Shown: positions 45,252-55,950, numbered from the whole stretch's first letter. The stretch: 63,432 bases of DNA, filler included, from 5 parts of 5 records of this genome joined end to end with filler, not necessarily neighbours in it; one strand, 5' to 3'. Program-made: numbers and translations. Notes: generated by a model from the letters alone, not told the origin.

Positions 45252-46187
45252 GTGCCAGTGTCTGATTCAGAAATTCTTCAGGCGGCTTTCAAACAAGCCC
45301 GCCAACTTCAGGCCTTATACGGGGACGCCATCCCTTGGGCAGCGATAGAAAAAGGCTTTTATTACAAAGGAAAGAAGGTCCACTTTGCCAGCAAAGCAAT
45401 TGGTATTTTCAAGCCAGCAGCCATGTCAAAGGGGCTTGTCAGCATTAAAACAGTCATACCCAAAACTGGGCGCTTCAATATCTATAATGATCATCAATCC
45501 AGTGACGACTTTTATCACTACTCGCTACAAGAAGGTGGCGCACACCAAAACAACAACCGTTATCTTTGGGAAGCACAAGCCCTTAATCAGCCGTTCATAT
45601 ATTTTCACGGCGTATCCCCTAGCTACTACAGTGCTCTTTTCCCTTGCTTTGTTTCTGGAATTTTCGATCAAGGAGAGAAAGACTCTTTCTGCAATGTTAC
45701 TGTTGGCTCCGAACTTGATAATTTATTGCCGCCACTGGTTGATGGCCATTATCTCATTCCTAATAGTTTCGAGCGCCGATATGCCATAAGGGAATCAAAA
45801 ACCAGACTTCATCAATCCTCATTCAGGCAAGCCGTTCTGTCTGCTTATCAGAACAAATGCGCGATGACAGGCCTCCCAACTCCACGCCTCCTAGACGCAG
45901 CGCACATCATCCCTGACGCAGAGGAAAACGGAATCGCAGCTGTTCAGAATGGTATTGCTTTAAGTAAACTCCATCACACCGCATATGACAGACACCTAAT
46001 TGGAATAGATGGAGATTTTCAGATCCATGTGAGCGATGAGGTAATGACCGAGACTGACGGCCCCCTTCTTGAAGAAAGCATCAAAGGCCTAAACGGAAAA
46101 AAGCTTATCGTTCCTTCCCAGAAGGCCCTTCGGCCAAACAAAGATTATCTCGCGGCACGCTTTCAAGAGTTTTTAAAGGCCAATTAG
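45252..46187 (+). CDS. HNH endonuclease with N-terminal SRA-like domain (candidate type IV restriction enzyme)
   Basis: HQSSFRQAVL.AY..KCAMTG...AAHIIP...NGIAL...HH.AYD HNH motif; GTG start behind GGAG; more AT-rich than core genes. Confidence 0.8.
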   Translation: MPVSDSEILQAAFKQARQLQALYGDAIPWAAIEKGFYYKGKKVHFASKAIGIFKPAAMSKGLVSIKTVIPKTGRFNIYNDHQSSDDFYHYSLQEGGAHQNNNRYLWEAQALNQPFIYFHGVSPSYYSALFPCFVSGIFDQGEKDSFCNVTVGSELDNLLPPLVDGHYLIPNSFERRYAIRESKTRLHQSSFRQAVLSAYQNKCAMTGLPTPRLLDAAHIIPDAEENGIAAVQNGIALSKLHHTAYDRHLIGIDGDFQIHVSDEVMTETDGPLLEESIKGLNGKKLIVPSQKALRPNKDYLAARFQEFLKAN

Positions 46188-46195
46188 TACAACCA

Positions 46196-46483
46196 TCATA
46201 CGCAATAAAAAGGCACTTCACTGGTTTCGACGATAGAGCCAATCTCATGCAACCCGAGGTTGTCACCCTTCTCATCATGATCCTCAAAGTAAGCCGTAGG
46301 CCAGCCCAGTTCTTCTAGCCGAAAATGCAGCACATCTGGCCAAACCTGAAGATCAGCAAACCGTTCACGGAGCAGGCTTCCCAGATCCTCCGGTTTATCA
46401 GCGTCAACCAGCTTCACCACGACGGATTCATACTGCTTGTAGTTGCTGGCGTCTCGGTACAGGTAACTCACTTCAAAGTTCAT
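46196..46483 (-). CDS. hypothetical protein (YLYRDASNYK motif)
   Basis: GAGGAG RBS; 95 aa acidic ORF. Confidence 0.6.
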   Translation of the reverse strand: MNFEVSYLYRDASNYKQYESVVVKLVDADKPEDLGSLLRERFADLQVWPDVLHFRLEELGWPTAYFEDHDEKGDNLGLHEIGSIVETSEVPFYCV

Positions 46484-46624
46484 AATCGCTCCTCGCGTCA
46501 TATTTTTAACGACCCTTTATCGCCCAAACAATCCGCCGAAATACCTGGATGCACATCTTCCTTTGACCCAGCTAACCTGCCCCTTCTAAGCTAAAATCCA
46601 AGCCTCTACGAACGGATAACAACA

Positions 46625-46981
46625 ATGAAGCTCACCACCCTCACCCCTCCCCTGGAGTCCCTGCACGCCTCCTCCGATGAGATTCTGCTGGTCTCCCTGA
46701 TCAGCCATGACGGGCTGCCGGTGGTGCATTTCGGTGAAGGGCTGGATTTTGATGAGCAGAGCGCGCTGTTCTTTGAGATGAAGAAGGCTTGTGACCGGGT
46801 ACTGGAGGGGTTGAAACTGGGGCAGAGCGAAGAGGTGTTTATCCGCTGCCGGGAAGGCTGTATCAGTATTTGGCCGGTGAAAGATATGGTGTTTGCCTGC
46901 CTGGCGAAGCCAACCATCAATTCCCAGCGCATGCAGATGCTGGTCTGGAAGACCGTTTCCCAGCTAAGTGGACGGGTTTAA
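46625..46981 (+). CDS. roadblock/LC7 (MglB-like) domain protein
   Basis: SLISHDGLPV motif, 118 aa alpha/beta pattern. Confidence 0.65.
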   Translation: MKLTTLTPPLESLHASSDEILLVSLISHDGLPVVHFGEGLDFDEQSALFFEMKKACDRVLEGLKLGQSEEVFIRCREGCISIWPVKDMVFACLAKPTINSQRMQMLVWKTVSQLSGRV

Positions 46982-47153
46982 GCCTCCTCCTGCGCATCTT
47001 CACGACCAGTTCTCATTTTCACCCCACGCTAGTGAGCACGGGCCCTCCAGGCACCTGAATCATTTTCACAGCAACAAAAAACCTACACCCTGCCCATGGA
47101 GAGATACACGGCGTTTCCCTAGTTTTCAAACCAAACATTCTGGGGGAATCTCA

Positions 47154-48953
47154 ATGCCGTATTCGACATTCAAAGCTGCTGTACTAGCCACTATTCTGGG
47201 GGGCAGCGTTCTGTCCCCTGCCTGGGCCGACGACAACACCGAAAGCCCCGTAGCCGGGGACATCATCCAAAACCAGTATATTGTCACCCTGGTTCCGAAC
47301 ATCACCGAACAGCTGGGCCTTAACAGCCTGACCACGGCCATCCAAACCTTGCTGGCCGGCATTGGTGGCGGTGAGGTGCTCTATACCTATGAAAATGCCC
47401 TGCTGGGCATGACCGTGAAACTGACAAACCTGCAGGCCTCACTGCTTGGCATTCTACCCGGCGTCATTTCTGTTGAGCCGGACCGCATGGTGACCACGGT
47501 TGCGGTTCAGAGTAACGCCACCTGGGGCCTGGACCGGGTCGATCAACCAGCCCTGCCATTGGATAACAGTTTCCAGTATCCAGATAACGGCGGGCGTGAT
47601 GTGAATATTTATGTGGTGGATACCGGCGTGCGCACGACACACCAGGAATTTACCGGCCGAGTGCTACCCGGGCGCAACTTTGTCAGCTCCGGGGGCTTCC
47701 TGTTTGGCGGCAGCGTTAACCCCGACAACTATGAAGACTGCAACGGCCATGGCACCCATGTAGCTGGCACCGCGGCCGGCAGTACCTACGGTGTTGCCAA
47801 GCAAGCCAATGTGGTCCCGGTACGCGTGCTGAACTGTTACGGCAGCGGCAGCACCTCTGCGGTTATCGCAGGCGTCGACTGGGTGGCCGGCAACCACCAG
47901 AAGCCGGCGGTGGCCAACCTGTCATTGGGGGGCTTCACCTCCACCGCACTGGATACCGCCGTGGCTAACGCCGTTGATGCTGGCGTAACCATGGTCGTAG
48001 CTGCAGGTAACGACAACGCCAACGCCTGTAACGGCTCCCCCAACCGGGTCCCTGAAGCCCTGACCGTCGGCGCGACCACGCGTCAGGACCAACGTTCTTC
48101 TTTTTCCAACTACGGCGCCTGCGTGGATCTGTTCGCCCCGGGTAGCGACATCACCTCCGCCTGGTATCAATCGGATACCCAGACCTCCAGCCTGAATGGC
48201 ACCTCCATGGCCGCCCCGCATGCTGCCGGCGCCGCTGCCTTGTACCTGGCTGCCAATCCCAGCGCCACGCCCAATGCGGTCAATCTTGCGTTGGTTAATG
48301 ACACCGTTACCGGCGCCATCAGCAATGCAGGGAATCAATCACCCAACCGCTTATTGCAGATCACTCAGCAGGACGGCTCGGGGATTGACCGCCTGCCCAC
48401 CGCAGCGTTCACGGCGGACTGCCAAGGCACGGTTTGTCAGCTGGATGCCAGCGGCTCCAGCGATGACATCGCCGTGGCGGCTTGGGACTGGACGCTGGGC
48501 GACGGTAACGTAGGCAGCGGCGAGCAGATCAGCCATGACTACGGAGTGGATGGCGAGTTCACCGTGACCCTGACCGTGACCGACACCGCCAACCAGATCG
48601 GCACCACTGACCAGACCGTAAGCGTGGGAACCGAAACCTCTCCGTGCCCGGACTGCACTCGCTATGAAGGCCAGCTGAACAACGGTGGCTCTGCGATCCT
48701 GCCGTCCAATGGTTTCAGCTTCTCCGGCGGGCAAATTGATGCCTGGCTGTATAGCCCGGCTGGCGCCAGCTTTACGGTTACGCTGCAAAGACAGAGCTGC
48801 TTCCTGTTCTTCTGCGGCTGGAACAACGTGACCAACGCCAGCCCACAGGGCGGTGTCGCCGAGATTCACTCCAATGTGAACAGTGGCTACTACCGCTGGC
48901 AGGTACAGGCCCAGAGTGGCTCTGGTGCCTATACGCTACTCACCAACCCGTAA
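47154..48953 (+). CDS. secreted S8 serine protease (aqualysin/proteinase K-like) with I9 propeptide and PKD domain
   Basis: WGLDRVDQ, VVDTG, HGTHVAG, AAGN, GTSMAAPH; PKD-like WDWTLGDG...VTLTVTD. Confidence 0.93.
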   Translation: MPYSTFKAAVLATILGGSVLSPAWADDNTESPVAGDIIQNQYIVTLVPNITEQLGLNSLTTAIQTLLAGIGGGEVLYTYENALLGMTVKLTNLQASLLGILPGVISVEPDRMVTTVAVQSNATWGLDRVDQPALPLDNSFQYPDNGGRDVNIYVVDTGVRTTHQEFTGRVLPGRNFVSSGGFLFGGSVNPDNYEDCNGHGTHVAGTAAGSTYGVAKQANVVPVRVLNCYGSGSTSAVIAGVDWVAGNHQKPAVANLSLGGFTSTALDTAVANAVDAGVTMVVAAGNDNANACNGSPNRVPEALTVGATTRQDQRSSFSNYGACVDLFAPGSDITSAWYQSDTQTSSLNGTSMAAPHAAGAAALYLAANPSATPNAVNLALVNDTVTGAISNAGNQSPNRLLQITQQDGSGIDRLPTAAFTADCQGTVCQLDASGSSDDIAVAAWDWTLGDGNVGSGEQISHDYGVDGEFTVTLTVTDTANQIGTTDQTVSVGTETSPCPDCTRYEGQLNNGGSAILPSNGFSFSGGQIDAWLYSPAGASFTVTLQRQSCFLFFCGWNNVTNASPQGGVAEIHSNVNSGYYRWQVQAQSGSGAYTLLTNP

Positions 48954-48973
48954 GTTTTTCTGCCTACGGTTTC

Positions 48974-49007
48974 GCCGGCGTCAACCTCCTGGTGCGCCGG
49001 CTTTTTT
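48974..49007 (+). terminator. intrinsic terminator after the protease
   Basis: GCCGGCG/CGCCGGC stem + T6. Confidence 0.7.
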
Positions 49008-49093
49008 GTGCATCAGGCGACGCTTGCATGCATCCGCTTCTCGCAACACGGTGATAACAGCCCGCCTCTGGGAGCCTGTATGCCAGTGTTAAC

Positions 49094-50614
49094 TCATAAC
49101 GCATCCGGGTCCGCCAACAGCGATTGCGCCCGCGCCAGAATCGCTTTCACTTTCGCCTCGTCCATCCGATTCAGATTGCCGTAGATCATTTTCATGCGGT
49201 GGTTGCCAGCAAACTGCCTGCGATGACGATGAATGAAGTGCCAGTAAAGGCTATTGAACGGACAACTGTCCGCTTCGCTTGCCGTTTTCACATCGTACTG
49301 GCAGTGCTTGCAGTAATCCGACATGCGATTGATGTAACTACCGGACGCCGCGTAGGGTTTGCTTCCCAGATAGCCCCCGTCCGCATGCATAACCATGCCC
49401 AGAGTATTGGGCAATTCCACCCAGTCGAAAGCGTCGGCATAGACTTCCAGATACCACTGACAGATGGCCTCCGGCAGCACGCCCAGCAGCAAGGCAAAAT
49501 TACCAGTGACCATGAGACGCTGAATGTGATGGGCATAGGCGTGGTCAATGGTATTGCGCAAGCACTCAGCCATGCAGTGCATTTTGGTGTCGCCGGTCCA
49601 GTAACAGGCCGGCAAATCCCGCGTATTACCCAGCCGGTTTTCGTTGGCGTAATCAGGCATCAACAGCCAGTAGATACCCCGCACATATTCCCGCCAGCCA
49701 ATAATCTGGCGGATAAAGCCTTCCACCGCATTAAGCGGCGCGTCACCGGAGTAGTAGGCCTGCTCCGCCGCCTGGCATACCACCATGGGATCCAGCAGCC
49801 CGAGATTGATATACGGCGAAAGCAGACTGTGAAACAGGGTGTCTTCTCCCGTAACCATGGCATCCTGATAATCGCCAAAGTGTGGCAAACGGTGCTCAAT
49901 AAAATGATTCAGCGCTTGTTGCGCCTGCTCACCGGTGGTGCCCCACTGAAAGTCGTCCAACACCCCCATATGCTCCGGGAAATGCCTGCCCACCAACGCC
50001 AATACGCCGCTGTCGATCTCATCGCGCTCAAAGGTCAGCTGCGGCGGTAGCGGCGTCTTGCCTGTGTAGGGCTGGCGGTTATTGCTGTCGTAATTCCACT
50101 GCCCGCCCGCGGGCTCATCACCCTCCATCAACAATCCGGAGTAACGACGCATCTCCCGATAAAAGAACTCCATGCGCAGCTGCTTCTTGCCCTGCGCCCA
50201 CTGCTGGAAGAATGTTGTTGAGCAAAGAAAGCGGCTGTCATCCAGACAAGTCACCGGCACACCGATGCACCGCTCCCAATCACAATCAATCTGGTACTGA
50301 AGGCGGTATTCGCCACAGCGGGTCACCACCAGTTCGCCAGCATCGGCATACTTTTCAGAAATAAGCGCCGCAAAACCTCTGAACGCATGCTCGCCATAGC
50401 AATAGTAATCCACCTGCCAACCCTCTTTTTCGAGATCAACGGCAAAGTGGCGCATGGCACTGAAGATCAGAGCGATCTTCTGTTTATGGTGCTTCACATA
50501 AGTGGCCTCGTCGGCCACTTCCGCCATCACCAGCCTGTCCTTGCTTTTATTGAGGTGCTGCAAAGTGGGCAAATTCAGGCTGAGCTGGTCACCAAGGATA
50601 AGACCGATTTTCAC
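49094..50614 (-). CDS. FeS-type cryptochrome/(6-4) photolyase (PhrB/CryB-like)
   Basis: ILGDQL, HHKQK, MEFFYR, EGFIRQIIGWREY, HHIQRLM, Cys in MHC, YCKHC, SCPF; GTG start behind GAAGGAG. Confidence 0.9.
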   Translation of the reverse strand: MKIGLILGDQLSLNLPTLQHLNKSKDRLVMAEVADEATYVKHHKQKIALIFSAMRHFAVDLEKEGWQVDYYCYGEHAFRGFAALISEKYADAGELVVTRCGEYRLQYQIDCDWERCIGVPVTCLDDSRFLCSTTFFQQWAQGKKQLRMEFFYREMRRYSGLLMEGDEPAGGQWNYDSNNRQPYTGKTPLPPQLTFERDEIDSGVLALVGRHFPEHMGVLDDFQWGTTGEQAQQALNHFIEHRLPHFGDYQDAMVTGEDTLFHSLLSPYINLGLLDPMVVCQAAEQAYYSGDAPLNAVEGFIRQIIGWREYVRGIYWLLMPDYANENRLGNTRDLPACYWTGDTKMHCMAECLRNTIDHAYAHHIQRLMVTGNFALLLGVLPEAICQWYLEVYADAFDWVELPNTLGMVMHADGGYLGSKPYAASGSYINRMSDYCKHCQYDVKTASEADSCPFNSLYWHFIHRHRRQFAGNHRMKMIYGNLNRMDEAKVKAILARAQSLLADPDAL

Positions 50615-50745
50615 GCCGACTCCTTCAGGAGATACCTGTGGGTGTCTTATTTTCCGCTGTCGGCGTACAGGTAGAGTGAAGACGACTATCGCAGGCAGGA
50701 AATCACCATCATCAATCTGTGCAACGTGATGCCCGCAGTGTCTCC

Positions 50746-50782
50746 AAAAACCAAAAACCACCGCGAGCGGTGGTCTTGGTTT
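50746..50782 (-). terminator. intrinsic terminator after ahpF
   Basis: ACCACCGC/GCGGTGGT stem with T tracts on the minus strand. Confidence 0.7.
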
Positions 50783-50803
50783 CGACTAGTGAGCGCCAGA
50801 GGG

Positions 50804-52426
50804 TCAGGCGACAGCAGATTCCTTCTGCTCGCCTGTGTTGCTTTTACTTTCATACAGAGCGTCCAATCGGTCGCTCTGGGTCATCAGGTATTCAAAGGCC
50901 GCCAGGGAAGCTTTGGAACCTTCACCCATGCTGATGACAATCTGCTTGTACGGCACGGTAGTCACGTCACCGGCAGCGTAAATGCCTTCTTCAGAGGTTT
51001 GGCACTTCTCGTTGATTTCGATTTCGCCAAAACGACTCCGCTTGACCACCCCATCCAGGAAATCGCTGTTGGGCACCAGGCCGATCTGAACGAACACGCC
51101 GTGCAACGGCAAGGTGTGCACTTGCTCCGTTTCACGATCCACGTACTCGATGGCATCCACCTTGCCATTGCTGGCGGTGATTTGTTTGGTCGCCACGTTC
51201 TTGTGGATGGTGACGTTAGCTTTGCTTTCCGCCTTGTCCACCAGCACCTTGTCCGCTTTCAGCTCCGGCATGAACTCGAACACATTCACGGATTTAACGA
51301 TACCGGCCAGGTCCAGTGCGGCTTCAATGCCGGAGTTGCCGCCACCGATCACTGCCACATCCTTGCCCTTGAAGAAAGGACCATCGCAGTGAGGACAGTA
51401 GGCCACACCATTACCGATGTTTTCTTTTTCACCGGGGACACCCAGCTCGCGCCATTTGGCACCGGTGGCCACAATCACGGTTTTGGTATCAATTTCTTCA
51501 CCGGAGGACAGCACCACCGTCTTGATGTCACCGTTGTCTACCCGGCTGACTTTCAGATGCTCTTTCACGGTCACGTCATACTCGTTCATGTGCGCCTGCA
51601 ACGCACCGGAAAGTTCCGGACCTGTGGTTTTCTTCACCGAAATCAGGTTTTCGATATCCATGGTGTCTTTCACCTGGCCACCGATACGATCGGCAATCAG
51701 CGTCACTTTCAGGCCTTTACGGGCGCTATAGATGGCCGCGGACACACCGGCCGGACCACCGCCGATAACGGTCACGTCCTGCAGGGGCATTTTCTCGCCC
51801 GCGCCCGCCTGGGCAATGCTCGGATCATGTTCGAGCAATTTGTCGATCAACTCGGCCGCAGTCACCTTGCCGTTGGCAAACAACTCACCATTCAGGTAAA
51901 CGCTGGGTACCCCCTGAATGTCACGCTCGTTGACCACATCCTGGTACAAGCCACCATCAATCATCTCGGTGGTGATATTCGGATTGAGCAACGCGAACTG
52001 GTTCAGGGCCTGGACCACGTCCGGGCAGTTGTGACAGCTCAAGCTGATAAACACTTCAAAATTCAGTTCGCCCTGGGCGTTGGCCACCATGCGTTGGAGG
52101 CTGTCATCCAGTTTGATGTCGGTCCCGGATGCGTGCAGGAAAGCCAGCACCAGGGAATTGAATTCATGGCCTGCAGGAATACCGGAAAAACGGATACCCG
52201 TGTCTTCACCATCGGCTTCCAACAGGAAACTGATTGGGCTGCGCAATACGCCACCCAGGTCGCGCTCTTCAAACGCCAGGTTGTCACTGACGCCAGCGAT
52301 GCCGGACAGGAACGAGGCCAGTTCATCGCGTTTTTCATGGGCGCCTTCCTGCAGCACGAAAGTCACTTTCTTCTGCATGTTGGCGGCGTAGCCCTTGAGA
52401 GCCTGCAAAATTTCATTCGTGAGCAT
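50804..52426 (-). CDS. ahpF: alkyl hydroperoxide reductase subunit F
   Basis: SCHNCPD, GGGPAG, YCPHCDG, GGGNSG. Confidence 0.97.
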   Translation of the reverse strand: MLTNEILQALKGYAANMQKKVTFVLQEGAHEKRDELASFLSGIAGVSDNLAFEERDLGGVLRSPISFLLEADGEDTGIRFSGIPAGHEFNSLVLAFLHASGTDIKLDDSLQRMVANAQGELNFEVFISLSCHNCPDVVQALNQFALLNPNITTEMIDGGLYQDVVNERDIQGVPSVYLNGELFANGKVTAAELIDKLLEHDPSIAQAGAGEKMPLQDVTVIGGGPAGVSAAIYSARKGLKVTLIADRIGGQVKDTMDIENLISVKKTTGPELSGALQAHMNEYDVTVKEHLKVSRVDNGDIKTVVLSSGEEIDTKTVIVATGAKWRELGVPGEKENIGNGVAYCPHCDGPFFKGKDVAVIGGGNSGIEAALDLAGIVKSVNVFEFMPELKADKVLVDKAESKANVTIHKNVATKQITASNGKVDAIEYVDRETEQVHTLPLHGVFVQIGLVPNSDFLDGVVKRSRFGEIEINEKCQTSEEGIYAAGDVTTVPYKQIVISMGEGSKASLAAFEYLMTQSDRLDALYESKSNTGEQKESAVA

Positions 52427-52479
52427 GAGTCTTCCCTTCAATTAAAAGCGTATTCAGTGACATAAAAATTGGGGAGGAA

Positions 52480-52509
52480 AGCATCCCCGGCGATGCTGCC
52501 GGAGATGCT
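52480..52509. other. hairpin in ahpC-ahpF spacer
   Basis: AGCATCCCCGGC-GATGCT-GCCGGAGATGCT. Confidence 0.6.
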
Positions 52510-52525
52510 CCAACCTGAGGCAAAT

Positions 52526-52697
52526 TTAGATCTTGCCGACCAGGTCCAGAGACGGGGCCAGAGTGGCTTCGCCTTCTTTCCATTTTGCCGGGCACACTTC
52601 GCCTGGATTGTTGCGAACGTACTGGGCAGCTTTCACTTTGCGCAGCAGGTCGTCTGCATCACGGCCAATACCTTCGGCAGTGATTTCCATGGCCTGG
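52526..52697 (-). CDS. ahpC: peroxiredoxin AhpC, C-terminal fragment (missed by ORF track)
   Basis: Translates as ..[49 protein letters not shown]. Confidence 0.95.
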
Positions 52698-52797
52698 NNN
52701 NNNNNNNNNNNNNNNNNNNNNNNNNNNNNNNNNNNNNNNNNTTAATTAATTAANNNNNNNNNNNNNNNNNNNNNNNNNNNNNNNNNNNNNNNNNNNN
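52698..52797. other. artificial contig linker
   Basis: N44-TTAATTAATTAA-N44. Confidence 0.98.
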
Positions 52798-53094
52798 GTT
52801 ATAAAACAGAAATTCCTCTCCTCCACAATTACTAACTATTCCATTTACTGGATCGTCAATATTATAAATAGAAGTTGCGTCGCTTATAAATAAAAACAAG
52901 TCATTTTCTCTATAAATATTGTATCCTATAATTTCATCGTGAGGTTGTTCTGGCTCATCCCAACTGAGAATAAAAAAATTGTTTGGATTTTCATACCTAT
53001 GTTCCCAATTTAAGTTTTGAACTGGATTAATTTGTCCGATTAATTGAAAAGTAAAAGCCAATGAAATTGCAACTGTCAGTGTAACTGTTTTCAT
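52798..53094 (-). CDS. secreted protein with FnIII-like N-terminus, truncated (cassette gene)
   Basis: Signal peptide MKTVTL..IGQ; PVQNL...LSWDEP...GYNIYR; real start ATG 53094. Confidence 0.65.
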
Positions 53095-53118
53095 AATGTC
53101 TTTTTTTTGTATGTTGTT

Positions 53119-53251
53119 GTGTACCGATTGAGCTATGGTTTCGTTGCGAAAAATGTCTACAAATTTCTTTCCGCCATAGCATAAAGATAGCAAAACGGTG
53201 AGAATTTTAAGCAGAAAATTATGCCGCAATGAAGTATTGCCGTTGTTGGCA
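53119..53251. repeat. attC-like imperfect palindrome A
   Basis: Ends GTGTACC...GTTGGCA; arms GCTATGGTTTCGTTGCG / CGCAATGAAGTATTGC. Confidence 0.65.
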
Positions 53252-53258
53252 TACGTTT

Positions 53259-53657
53259 TTATTTATTTATAACATACGTTTTAGAAATTGAATCGTGCCA
53301 ACCTTTTTCTGATATTAGAAAAGAGAGGGCGTCAAATGGAATCAATCTGCAGAGATTGCGAATAAGTAAAGTCTTGAAATCTGGTTTATTCCCATTATAG
53401 TCAATAACCTTAGTTCCAGTTATAAACTTTCCTGGTGTTTTGCCAAAAGCATATTCAAAAAGCAAATGATACAAAACGTATAGAACAAAAAAATATAATA
53501 CGAACCAATTAGAGCCCCTTTCAGGCATTATTCCAAGCCAACCATCAAGAACCATTGCGTTTAAAAAAATAAGAAAGTAGAATCCTATAGTATCTATAAG
53601 ATTATTTCCAAATCGAGTTCCTTTACTTGCGTAATCAATTATTAATTCATTATTCAT
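53259..53657 (-). CDS. RDD family protein (cassette gene)
   Basis: TRFGNNLID, GKTPGK..TGTKV, RNLCR.IPF, WHD. Confidence 0.88.
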   Translation of the reverse strand: MNNELIIDYASKGTRFGNNLIDTIGFYFLIFLNAMVLDGWLGIMPERGSNWFVLYFFVLYVLYHLLFEYAFGKTPGKFITGTKVIDYNGNKPDFKTLLIRNLCRLIPFDALSFLISEKGWHDSISKTYVINK

Positions 53658-53676
53658 TCCTAGTATTTTTAATGTT

Positions 53677-53813
53677 TGCCAAGGTAGGTTTGTGTATGAT
53701 TAGTGGCGTGTTTTAAGCTCCTAATTTAATAAATAAAAACTGAATAGAATTTTGAAGTGTTGGGGTTAATATGTAGGCTATTACTAGCAATTAATTGATT
53801 TTGAATATTGGGT
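53677..53813. repeat. attC-like element B (same family as the left part of D)
   Basis: Starts TGCCAAG; shares CCTAATTTAATAAATAAAAACTGAATAGAA and TATGTAGGCTA..ACTAGCAATTAATT with 58404-58541. Confidence 0.75.
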
Positions 53814-54364
53814 TATTGATATAAAACATATCTTGGTGGTTTTAGTCCATTCAGTCGCAAATAAACCAGCATTTGTCCTCTGTGGTGGGTTATGTGGTCG
53901 GTAAGCAACAACAAAATCTGTGTTTTTGTTCTGTCTGCTCCAAAATAGTCCAATCTTTCTTTAAGTCTATTTGGGTCAAAATTTCCGATGAACTCTATTG
54001 TTTTGTCAAAAGTCTCATTGATTTTAGCAATCATTTCTTTTTTCGATTTGGTGTCAACTTTGAGCTCCGTGTCGGTATTCCAATCTCTCGCTTCACGTCC
54101 GCCTATTAATGATTGACTGTGCCAATCCATTGCCCAACCAATATGCATTAAATTTTCCGCAAAGCTCATTGATTCAGGCGTTGGTTTATATTCATACTTA
54201 TCTTCTGGCATTGTATTCGCTACAAGAATTAAATATTCTTTCGATTTTTCTAATCGTTCCAAATACTCTTTGATGAAGTCATTTTCTTGTGCAATAATCG
54301 GCTGTGTAACTGAGAACAAAAGCATTACCGAAGTCAGAATTAAAAGGTATTTTATGTTTTTCAT
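53813..54364 (-). CDS. DinB family protein with signal peptide (cassette gene)
   Basis: MPEDKY.YKP...SFAE.L.H and DHITHHRGQ...YLR. Confidence 0.88.
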   Translation of the reverse strand: MKNIKYLLILTSVMLLFSVTQPIIAQENDFIKEYLERLEKSKEYLILVANTMPEDKYEYKPTPESMSFAENLMHIGWAMDWHSQSLIGGREARDWNTDTELKVDTKSKKEMIAKINETFDKTIEFIGNFDPNRLKERLDYFGADRTKTQILLLLTDHITHHRGQMLVYLRLNGLKPPRYVLYQ

Positions 54365-54406
54365 TTGTTTCAATTTATTATTTCCGATGGGTTTGGTTAT
54401 AATGAA

Positions 54407-54540
54407 TGGCAACTTATTTGTATTTGATTAGTTGCGTTGGTAGGAACTAAGTTATTAAAAGAAAACGAACCTCTGGAAAATTCAGCAGGAATTTTCCAGA
54501 GGAACAAAGCCACAGCAATGGTTTATACAGAGTGTGGGCA
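54407..54540. repeat. attC-like element C
   Basis: TGGCAAC...GTGGGCA ends; TGTAT/ATACA and TTGC/GCAA arms; perfect 14-bp inner stem CCTCTGGAAAATTC/GAATTTTCCAGAGG at 54470-54502. Confidence 0.75.
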
Positions 54541-54547
54541 GTAGTTT

Positions 54548-55867
54548 TTATTTTTCAGTTAATTCTATTGCTTTTTCTAAAACTACATCTTTGTCTGATA
54601 AAAAATCGTCAATTGATTGCTCAATTTCAATATCTGGCTCAATAGTAGCTTTTGGGTTTTTTTCTTGAACATCTGTAATAAATATGTTTCGAGCCACAGT
54701 ATAAGTAAATTTTGTGTTTGTAAGTTCGAACTGTTTTTGATTTGCAGTACAGAATTGATTTGAGCCTAAGGTTTCTCCAACAAAAACTACTCTCTTTTTA
54801 TCTTTGTATATAGATGCTAAATGACCAACGGTAGAATACCCATCTCCATTCATTACAAAAATAATTTTCCCTTTAAAATTATTTTCAAAAGGTTGCTGCA
54901 TCTCTTTTCTTCCATAATCACTAGTTGCAAAGTAATGAAAAGGGTCTTGTAGCGTATATTTTAAGAGATTGATTGACGCTTCACCTGGTCCTCCCAAATT
55001 TTGGCGAACGTCTATTATTAAGTTTTTATAGTCTTTGGTTTTAATTTCTTTAAAAGAATCATTTAGGAAGTTTAAAAAAACCTTTGTTTTATCGCCATAA
55101 TATGCGAAGTTCCGTAGGGTCAATAAAGCTGTTTCAGCATTAATTTCTGTTAAACAAAAATCATTTTGACACGGGTGCTTATTGCTAAAGAGTGGCGCAT
55201 AGGGTGGATTTTCATTTAGAGGTTTTAAATTAATTGTTCCACTTTTACCTGCAATTGTTACATTGTAAACATCGGGAAAATTTAAGGCGTACGAAATTAT
55301 AGAGGTATTATACCCATTAAAAAGTTTTCTTTTTGAACTTTCAATATTTGCTTGAGTATTGATATGTGAATAAATAACAGCCATCATTTCACTAATAGAT
55401 TTACCATTAATGTGGGTTATTTCTTGACCGATTTGCACATTATCTTTATTAGTTAAATTATCTATAACATAAAGTTTATTATTGATAAGTCTTGTGAGAA
55501 GCGGAAAGTAGTCTTTTGGTTTTAGTAAATCTCTTTGTTGATTAAAAAACCCTAATGAAGTATGGCCGCAACTAACTATTGCAATAATCTCGCTCAACTT
55601 CCAAATAAAATCTTTTTTGGTAGTTGTATTATCAATTTCACTTCTTAACTGTTTAGCTTTTTTATCGAAATCAGCTTTTGACGTGAATTCATAGAGCGCA
55701 GGATGATATGTAGACAAGGTATCTATTAGTTCATTATAATCTGCTACATAATTTTGAGCTTGTTTATTTAATGGTTCTCTTTTGTTTTGGTCAGAATTTT
55801 TTTGATCATTCTTACACGATAGGATAGCTAGCCCTATAATTAGAAAAGCTATTGTTTTATTAATCAT
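54548..55867 (-). CDS. S41 family peptidase-like lipoprotein
   Basis: Lipobox ILSC; HP.LY, CGHT, LIIDVRQNLGG, VGETLG, IEPD. Confidence 0.8.
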   Translation of the reverse strand: MINKTIAFLIIGLAILSCKNDQKNSDQNKREPLNKQAQNYVADYNELIDTLSTYHPALYEFTSKADFDKKAKQLRSEIDNTTTKKDFIWKLSEIIAIVSCGHTSLGFFNQQRDLLKPKDYFPLLTRLINNKLYVIDNLTNKDNVQIGQEITHINGKSISEMMAVIYSHINTQANIESSKRKLFNGYNTSIISYALNFPDVYNVTIAGKSGTINLKPLNENPPYAPLFSNKHPCQNDFCLTEINAETALLTLRNFAYYGDKTKVFLNFLNDSFKEIKTKDYKNLIIDVRQNLGGPGEASINLLKYTLQDPFHYFATSDYGRKEMQQPFENNFKGKIIFVMNGDGYSTVGHLASIYKDKKRVVFVGETLGSNQFCTANQKQFELTNTKFTYTVARNIFITDVQEKNPKATIEPDIEIEQSIDDFLSDKDVVLEKAIELTEK

Positions 55868-55950
55868 ACTTTTTATTAATTAGTATCTAGTTATTCTGTA
55901 CTATGATTTTTTTAGTTAGAGTTACTATTATGTTTTTAAAGACAGAAACT

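Noticed and set aside
45055-47150. Prophage or intact genomic island at ssrA
   Set aside because: No integrase, phage genes or duplicated ssrA 3' end seen
52750-53229. ORF-track N-terminal extensions of cassette genes (53229, 54412, 59618) and ORF 58353-58535
   Set aside because: They run through the palindromic spacers; downstream ATGs give proper signal peptides
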